In this document: positions 57,076 to 64,000 of the stretch, piece by piece | How the letters are laid out: each line of letters starts with the position of its first letter | How positions within the stretch are numbered: the first letter of the stretch is position 1 | Assembly: GCA_002811645.1 (NCBI GenBank) | Contig: PDIP01000093.1 | Coordinates: 109,990 to 173,989, forward strand | Length of the DNA: 64,000 nt | From: Corallochytrium limacisporum Hawaii | Taxonomy: Eukaryota; Protista; Pluriformea | Direction: 5' to 3' | Made by a program: the position numbers and the translations under genes | The notes under the pieces: model-generated | Database searches by the model: none | Seen by the model: the letters and a program-made list of their open reading frames with translations, nothing else | What the model was told of the DNA's origin: nothing

Positions 57076-57496
57076 GGGCCGGGCCTGCCACAGTGACACA
57101 CATTTGGGGACGGACACTGCCACTGCCAAAGGCAAGGGGAGCCGCATGATGTGTATGGGATGCGTGTGTGCTGTGGTGGTATTCAATGGGTTGATCTGAT
57201 GGTGGTGACTATGCGAGGATAGTATCCGGCTCTGGTACTCGACGGCTAATACATACGGAAAAAGGCAAAACAGCCATGGGCCAGTGAATCTCACGGGTCT
57301 GCTGTAGGCATTGTATTTTTGTTATTTTCCAACCACTGGGACGTACCTTAGATAGCAAGCGTTTAGTCCTCTAACATACCATCCATAGAGTAGCTGAGTG
57401 TTTAGACAAGTAGCCAGCGAACGGGATAAGATAATACATCAGCAGGAAATCTTAGTTCCAGCCTGCGCAAAAGCACACAGTAAACGAAACACAAAG

Positions 57497-59119
57497 ATGT
57501 ACCGGGTAGGATCAAAGCGCATTGCGGGTCACGCCCTTCGCAGTCTCCGCGCTGCATCTCGCACTTCCAAGTCCGTGAACGCTGCCGCTGCCAACGGTCT
57601 GTTGCACTTGTACACTACTAGTCGCAGTCTGCACACGTTGCGTTCACCGACCACCGGTCTCAACCTCCGCACCTGGCCGCAGCAGGATGGCATGAACCAG
57701 CGTCGGTCTTACGCCTCGGGTTCATTCCCCGACCACTCTGTCATTGTCATGCCCGCACTGTCCCCGACCATGACGCAGGGTAACCTCGCGAGCTGGGGGG
57801 TTGAGGAAGGAGCAGAAATCTCAGCTGGTGACGTGCTTGCAGAGATTGAAACAGACAAGGCCGTCATGGAATTCGAAGCCACCGACGACGGTGTGGTCGC
57901 CAAGTTGCTGGTGCCTGCCGGGACCAAGGATTTACCCATCGGCAGCCCCATTTGTGTCATTGTACCGGAAGCCAGCGACGCGGAGGCTTTCAAGGACTAC
58001 ACCCTTGACGACGCCCGGGCCAACAGCGACGCTCCCGCTGGCGGTGAGGCTGAGGCACCGCCGCCAGCTGCTCCTGCCGCCCCGGAGCCCGCCGCGGCTC
58101 CCGCTCCTCCAGCGGCAGCTGCTCCGGCTGCTCCAGCAGCACCGGCGGCCCCGGCAACCTCCCAGCAGCAAGTCAGCGGCGGTGGCGGCGGTGCCCGGGT
58201 CTTCGCTTCTCCCCTGGCCAGGCGCCTAGCGAAGGAGCAAGGCATCGATCTCTCGGGCCACTCCGGTTCCGGTCCAAACAATCGAATCGTTGCCGCAGAT
58301 CTGCAGCAGATTCAGGCGTCTGGACCGATGGCTGGTGCTGCTATCGGCGGTGGAGCACAGTACATTCCCACTGGCACCGAATGGATCGACGTTGATGTCA
58401 GCAACATGCGCAGAGTCATTGCCAGCCGATTGGTGCAGAGCAAACAGGAGGTCCCGCACTACTACCTCACTCAGGACATTCGCATGGGCGCCATGCTGAA
58501 GGCATTGAAGGAGATGTCTGCCGAACTCAACGCCGGTGTCAAGGACGATAGTGAGAAGCGTAAGATTGGTGTCAATGATGCAATCATCAAGGCCTCCGCT
58601 CTGAGCTGTCTGCGTGTGCCCGAGGTCAACTCCCAGTGGCACGGCACCGTTATCCGCCAATTCAGCCGTGCGGACGTGAGCGTCGCCGTGGCCACGGAAG
58701 GTGGTCTCATCACCCCCATCGTGTTTGGTGCCAACGGTAAAGGACTTGCAGAGATCAACGCCACCGTCAAGGACCTGGCCGTACGCGCCCGGGCCAACAA
58801 ACTGAAACCGGAAGAGTACCAGGGTGGTACGTTCAGCGTGAGCAACCTGGGCATGTACGGCATCAAGCACTTCACAGCCGTCATCAATCCGCCACAGGCG
58901 TGCATTCTGGCGGTCGGAGCCACCCGCCAGGAGCTTGTGTTGCGGGACAACCTGGACATCGATGACCTTGATAACTACGCAGAGCAGACCTTCGGCTACG
59001 AGCCGGTAATGTCGGTGACCTTGAGCTGTGATCACCGTGTCGTGGACGGTGCCGTTGGTGCTACCTGGCTGCAGCAATTTAAGCAGATGATGGAGCGGCC
59101 CATGACCATGCTCATCTAA
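57497..59119 (+). CDS. DLAT: Pyruvate dehydrogenase E2, dihydrolipoamide acetyltransferase (mitochondrial)
   Basis: First ATG at 57497 with an Arg/Ser-rich transit peptide. A single lipoyl domain (MPALSPTM...IETDKA), Ala/Pro linker, E3-binding domain (ASPLARRLA...GSGP) and catalytic DHRVVDG. Confidence 0.97.
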   Translation: MYRVGSKRIAGHALRSLRAASRTSKSVNAAAANGLLHLYTTSRSLHTLRSPTTGLNLRTWPQQDGMNQRRSYASGSFPDHSVIVMPALSPTMTQGNLASWGVEEGAEISAGDVLAEIETDKAVMEFEATDDGVVAKLLVPAGTKDLPIGSPICVIVPEASDAEAFKDYTLDDARANSDAPAGGEAEAPPPAAPAAPEPAAAPAPPAAAAPAAPAAPAAPATSQQQVSGGGGGARVFASPLARRLAKEQGIDLSGHSGSGPNNRIVAADLQQIQASGPMAGAAIGGGAQYIPTGTEWIDVDVSNMRRVIASRLVQSKQEVPHYYLTQDIRMGAMLKALKEMSAELNAGVKDDSEKRKIGVNDAIIKASALSCLRVPEVNSQWHGTVIRQFSRADVSVAVATEGGLITPIVFGANGKGLAEINATVKDLAVRARANKLKPEEYQGGTFSVSNLGMYGIKHFTAVINPPQACILAVGATRQELVLRDNLDIDDLDNYAEQTFGYEPVMSVTLSCDHRVVDGAVGATWLQQFKQMMERPMTMLI

Positions 59120-59413
59120 AGCAAGCAAGCGCACTCGCATCACAGACACTAGCACGAGAGAAGGCCAAAACGTGCCACATAGAAAGACCCTTGTATCATT
59201 TTCAGAGAGCAATGTTTTCTGATTTATCCTTGAAGCAAAACCACACAAACCTTCCAATTAAAAAAAAAACTCGTTCACAATCTTCCCATCGCCCGATTGA
59301 TCATTGATCATTGATCATTGTACGCCACTTCCGTTACGAGTTGGATAATGAAATTAGTGCTCATATTGGTCTTTGGGTGAACAGATAGTTGTATTGCACA
59401 CAAACAAAGGTTC

Positions 59414-62400
59414 CTATTTCTGCTTCGAGCCTCCAAGCCAGCGCGAAGCACCTTCCGTCACGGCCTTACCAATTGCCGCCGTGACACCGCCCAGTTTCCC
59501 TTCCCGCTCGGCTTGCTCCTTCTGGCGCCGAGCGTAGTCGGGATCCTCCCCTGGGATCACAACATTCAACGACGGCGACTTTTTCAGCGCCGCACCGCCC
59601 TCGGTGGCACCATTGCCTGCGGTGGCACCCGCGTTTGTCGTCGTGGTGCCGCCTGTGCCCGCGGCGGCAGACGCAACGCTGCCCGCCGTAGATCGAGCAT
59701 CGACGTTGAGCTTCGAAGCAATGCTCTGCGCATCACTCTTGTCGTCGTCGGTCGTTCCACCGACGGGTTCACTGTCTGTCTCAGCTGTGTTCTGCGGTTT
59801 CTTGACAGGACTGTCAGCGGCGTTGTCGGCACTCTTGCTGTTCGGGTCCGGCAGGGTTGGAATCGGTGGTCGCCAGAAACTGAAGCCACTGAAGTCCTCG
59901 TCGTCGTCGTCGTCGGCGTCAGCACCGGCCACATCGGTTGTTCCGTCCTCGCGGCGAATCGGGAACACCTGGTCCACCAGGTCACGCAGGTTGGAATACG
60001 AATTCTTATAGACAAAATCACCGGCACGCTTGAGTTCTCCCTTCGGATTCACCAAAAAGATGCGCTTGTTCCTGACACCAACGTGACGGTAGGCGATATG
60101 GTCCGTGTCACGGTTACCAAAACCACCATAGTACGGATTGAACGGTTCAGGAAAGAGTGACTTGATGTTCTCAAGGCAGACAATCTTGAACTCTTCTGGC
60201 TTGCGTAGTACCACCTCACGGTGCAGGGCCTTGAGCAGCCGATCCGGGCTTAGGAACACTGGCCCATACGGCAGCGTTGTATTGCCCTGCTCAATGGAGC
60301 GCAAGAAGTTGCGCGTAATGGCGGCTTGACCAATGGCTCGGGACGACAGGAAGAGGATTTTGTAGCCGTTCTTTTCGATGGCCGTGTAGAGGCGCGCGAG
60401 ACCCGGATGGGTCCAGTCCCGCCCGAGCGCCGGAAGGATGTGCCCGAGTGCATCGCTTTTGGTGACGGTGCCATCAATGTCCGAAATGACAATCTTGACA
60501 TTGTGTCGCCACAGATAGATATCGGCATCAACGTAGGCGGTACCTTGCAGCTTTGTCACAATCTTGAAGCTAATTTCATTCAATCCGGGCTTGAGATTCA
60601 TCTTCTGCAGCTCCTCGCTCGTCATTTCGATGGACTTGACGTAGTAGACATTCTCACTGCCGTGGTCTTTGGAGCCCAGGGTGGGTGAGGTCTTGCTCCG
60701 CTTTATGCCCGCCGGGTGGTGGTGTTGCTCATCTGCTGCGCTCTCACTCACCGTGCTGTCCCGAAGCGGGGAGGGAGTGCCTTCTATCGGCACTGACTGT
60801 GGCTCGGACGGCGGTGTGGCCGGTACCGCAGTGTCGGTGGTTGCTGCGGTCTTTTCACCGCGGGTGGGCGCACGCTTGGACTCCTTCTTCTTGCGCCGCC
60901 AAGTGTGGGACCGCTTGCGAGTGCGGCGGTCACTCATTCCCATCTGCTGTACCAGCAGCTGCCTTTCAACGTCATGGGGCAAGTCGTGCCTGAACACCAT
61001 CCAGGACATGATGATAGGAGCCGCAGTAGCCCAGTTGTAGAAGACACCGCAAACGCTCACGACCAGATTTGGATCAGCCATAATCTGTGCCGGGCGGGTT
61101 TGGAAGTCCTGCCACGTGACAATTTTCTCCTCAAAGTTGATTTCCATCTGTTGCGCACTGATGGCATCGTCGTGTAGACCGCCGCAAAGGGACAGCCTGA
61201 CCGTGTTTTGGGGCATGTCCGAGAAGAAAAATCCAAGGGGATTCACACTCATACCTTCAAGATGTCGGGGTTGGATGTCGAGCAGCGAATTCTCACGCGC
61301 GTGTCCACGGGTCCTGCGTGTCCCGTGGGCGGAGGCGGCACCACCCGCGGTGTGGGGGGGCATCCCCAGGCTACCAGCAGGTCGCGGCTTTGATGGCGCA
61401 CGTGCGGCCGGGTTAGGCGGGCTCTGGGGCGAGTCCATGTCGACGTTGAGGGGTGACTGCACGCCCGCAGCTCCGGTTGCTGCTGCTGCTTTCTGGAGCT
61501 GCTGCTGCGGCGGCGGCGTCCTACCTTCTGGGCTGCCATCCTTTGCGTACGACGTGCGATTGATGTTAAAGGCCTCTCCCTGACTTTTGTCGGCTGCAGC
61601 AGTGTCCTTCGTCGGATCCGCCACTGCATGCACCACTCCAGCGGTCATATCAGCCATTCCCGCACCGACCATGTTCGCAGTCATGGTCACGGGGTTAGCA
61701 TCGTCCTTGCCCCGCTGCTTCTGAAGAATCGCCTGCTCAGCGGGAATTTCACCCTGTTCCGGATCCATACGAAACTTGGGGTTCACGGCCCTTGTGTATG
61801 CGTCCTCCATATAACCCTCTACCTTCTTCGAGACGTGCCGGTAGTGTTCCTGCAGTTCTGAGGCCTCCATGTCGCCGAGATACTTGCCGAGCTTCTCTGT
61901 GTCATCGTTCTGATTGCCCCGCAACATCCCCATAAGGCCATTTAGTAGTGCCTTACCTGCCCAGCTGGATGGTGATGCGCCGGCTTCGGTATCGGCGAGC
62001 TCTTGCTCCTTGCCCTTGGCACCCGGCACTGCAAAACCCTTCTGGTCGTCAGGAGTCGGAGTGCTCGGTCTGTGATTCTCGTTCGCCTCTACGGTGTCGC
62101 CGCTCTCCGTCGTACTCGCCTCTCCAACGCTGCCGGCCTCCTCTTCTTTCAGCGGGTCCAACAGATCGTCAGCGGCAGATGGTGGTGGTCGGTATGGCGG
62201 ATATTTTGACTTCTCTGCCGATTCTTTGCGTTTCTCATCCGGCCAGACGTCCATAGGGTCACTATCCCGCAGCATTTTCTCACCTGCTGGGGTGTCACCT
62301 GCTGCAAAAGGGTCTGGCGAGCTGGGTCCACTGGCGTGCTTGGGTTTATCATCGTCCAACGAGAAGCCATCGAACGAGGAGTTCAGATCGGCTGCCTGGG

Positions 62401-62767
62401 GCCCGTGCGTTGGTGTCTGGCGGGGCGTCTCTGGACCCAGAAGAGGACTGGTCATAATGCTGGGATCGATAGGCTTCTCACCTTCCATCTTACGCACAAA
62501 GTATGCTTCTCCTTCGTCGCCCAATTTCATCTTGACATGGTTGTATTCCTGCCCGTTGACCAGAATGGTGATCTCACGCTCCTTGGACCGCAAAATCAGA
62601 AGCTTGCCGAAACGGACGTGGAATGGTGTGGATTTCAGAGTACCATCCGGCTGCTGAATCACTAAAATATCAATTGCTCCACTCAACGTGGACGGGTTGA
62701 TGTCCCGATAATAATTGTATGCTCCATTGAGCACACTATTGACGAGGCCAAGAGCAGTGGACGCCAT
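59414..62767 (-). CDS. LPIN: Lipin/Pah1 phosphatidate phosphatase
   Basis: N-LIP domain (INPSTLSGAIDI...PFHVRFGK...MKLGDEGEAYF), middle domain (SLCGG), polybasic stretch and C-LIP with DIDGT. Start placed at MASTALG; an upstream in-frame ATG exists at 62974. Confidence 0.97.
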   Translation of the reverse strand: MASTALGLVNSVLNGAYNYYRDINPSTLSGAIDILVIQQPDGTLKSTPFHVRFGKLLILRSKEREITILVNGQEYNHVKMKLGDEGEAYFVRKMEGEKPIDPSIMTSPLLGPETPRQTPTHGPQAADLNSSFDGFSLDDDKPKHASGPSSPDPFAAGDTPAGEKMLRDSDPMDVWPDEKRKESAEKSKYPPYRPPPSAADDLLDPLKEEEAGSVGEASTTESGDTVEANENHRPSTPTPDDQKGFAVPGAKGKEQELADTEAGASPSSWAGKALLNGLMGMLRGNQNDDTEKLGKYLGDMEASELQEHYRHVSKKVEGYMEDAYTRAVNPKFRMDPEQGEIPAEQAILQKQRGKDDANPVTMTANMVGAGMADMTAGVVHAVADPTKDTAAADKSQGEAFNINRTSYAKDGSPEGRTPPPQQQLQKAAAATGAAGVQSPLNVDMDSPQSPPNPAARAPSKPRPAGSLGMPPHTAGGAASAHGTRRTRGHARENSLLDIQPRHLEGMSVNPLGFFFSDMPQNTVRLSLCGGLHDDAISAQQMEINFEEKIVTWQDFQTRPAQIMADPNLVVSVCGVFYNWATAAPIIMSWMVFRHDLPHDVERQLLVQQMGMSDRRTRKRSHTWRRKKKESKRAPTRGEKTAATTDTAVPATPPSEPQSVPIEGTPSPLRDSTVSESAADEQHHHPAGIKRSKTSPTLGSKDHGSENVYYVKSIEMTSEELQKMNLKPGLNEISFKIVTKLQGTAYVDADIYLWRHNVKIVISDIDGTVTKSDALGHILPALGRDWTHPGLARLYTAIEKNGYKILFLSSRAIGQAAITRNFLRSIEQGNTTLPYGPVFLSPDRLLKALHREVVLRKPEEFKIVCLENIKSLFPEPFNPYYGGFGNRDTDHIAYRHVGVRNKRIFLVNPKGELKRAGDFVYKNSYSNLRDLVDQVFPIRREDGTTDVAGADADDDDDEDFSGFSFWRPPIPTLPDPNSKSADNAADSPVKKPQNTAETDSEPVGGTTDDDKSDAQSIASKLNVDARSTAGSVASAAAGTGGTTTTNAGATAGNGATEGGAALKKSPSLNVVIPGEDPDYARRQKEQAEREGKLGGVTAAIGKAVTEGASRWLGGSKQK

Positions 62768-64000
62768 GTTAGAGTCGTCCTTTTTCTCACCCTGCTTGTA
62801 GAATACTGAATTTCTAACGGTGTGAGCCTTATAATCCAGAGGATCTTCCGCAATTTGGTGAACTATGTTAACATCATTATCAACGAATCTGTTTGGTATG
62901 ATATGCAGGTTTCGGGGAACACCCCTGAGGCCTGGACCCAATTGTCGATGATTGACCCACTGTTCTCGCCTCATATACCACCCTGCATTACAAACAAACA
63001 CCTCCGCAATAACCCGTCGAAAATAAGAGTTCGGCTGCGTCTAGACCCCATAGAGGAAACATCCAGAGTCGTAATTCAACAAGTTTTCTTTCAAGTCACA
63101 CAAAGTACTCCTGACACATCACGCCTCGGACATTGCAACGGATGAACACTGCAAGAGCACGGACCGCATCTCACAGTCACCCCCCCCCCCAAAACGTGTC
63201 GTGACATTTCACCCCCTCCATCCCCGACCTCCGCCGCCCCCACACACACACTGAGCACTACGGTCTCATCATCCCAAGGTCAGGTGCCTGATGACTCTTG
63301 CCCCCCCCCCCCTCCTGCCCCATACCTGACCCGTATTCTCTCCCAGTTTTACAATTTGATTCTCCCCACCAACTCTTTCTACGTTGGTATGTTTTATTTG
63401 TGTTGTCCTCTCGGCAGTGAGACCCGGCACCGTGCCGTACATTCATAATAGGAACGGGTCCGCTGTCCCATCTGTCGGTAACCACACAGGACAAAGTGAA
63501 AATAAAAAGGTGGAAGGAACCGTGTACGAGACAAGCAACGGGTCAACGTCTGCTGCCACCGACAGGGGACACAGAATCGAGGATGACTCCTTGGCCTTTT
63601 TGAGTTTCCGCTCGGACGGGCCACATCAATGGGGGAGATGAACCTGTCTGAAGAGGGTCGTTGTAGGAGATGTTGGTAGATTCTGTCTAGGGGGGTTGGT
63701 TGGACGAGACTCACCAAAACCAGCCCCTTGCTACGGGTTGTCAGCGGGGCTTCTCCGCCGTAACTGCGAGCCCATTCTTGCAGGCGGGACGGGAGAGGAA
63801 CAAGGAGAACAAGCCGGCACAGGGAGAGTAAGATGGAAGAGAGAGAGAACTCGAGTCCCTCCACTGCCACCCCTCCCAACGACCCCAACAACCCCAAAGA
63901 GAGGTTTGGAAGAATTGCCCATTCTTTGAGTACATGGCTGTGCTTCACCATGGGAGTAAAGGAAACAAAGGCCCCCGGGGGGGGGGGGGTGTGGGGGGGG

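Noticed and set aside
33887-57294. Track ORFs running through N gaps and dinucleotide repeats
   Set aside because: Artefacts of N runs and microsatellites lacking stop codons.
58226-59257. 343-aa antisense ORF over DLAT
   Set aside because: Shadow produced by the strong codon bias of a highly expressed gene.
59298-59320. TTGATCA repeated three times between DLAT and lipin
   Set aside because: Short tandem repeat in a 3' UTR with no supporting context.

Overview
Eukaryotic nuclear scaffold with five N gaps. It carries 19 protein-coding genes whose coding sequences each read as one uninterrupted ORF: ANKZF1/Vms1, a DUF547 protein, POLA2, a PHD-finger/low-complexity protein, JMJD6, a CLPTM1-family protein, MTG1, TAF6, VPS11, STAM/Hse1, DESI1, PTH2, a cyclin D-like protein, an LCCL multi-pass membrane protein, MED8, a PB1 protein, SAPS/PP6R, DLAT and lipin. 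Gene content and the intron-free coding sequences suggest a unicellular opisthokont, possibly Corallochytrium-like; this is inference only. I found no tRNA, rRNA, CRISPR array or recognisable mobile element. The most interesting signal is non-coding. (1) A palindromic C(n)G(n) element recurs about 170-290 bp upstream of many start codons. (2) It is often followed by a candidate 60-110 nt 5'-UTR intron, several with a GCTAAY branch site and an unusual AAG acceptor, although the coding sequences have no introns. (3) A cyclin D-like gene with an animal-type N-terminal LxCxE motif sits alone in about 16 kb of ORF-poor DNA, and a perfect palindromic E2F site lies upstream of POLA2. All family assignments come from motif recognition by eye; no database searches were run.
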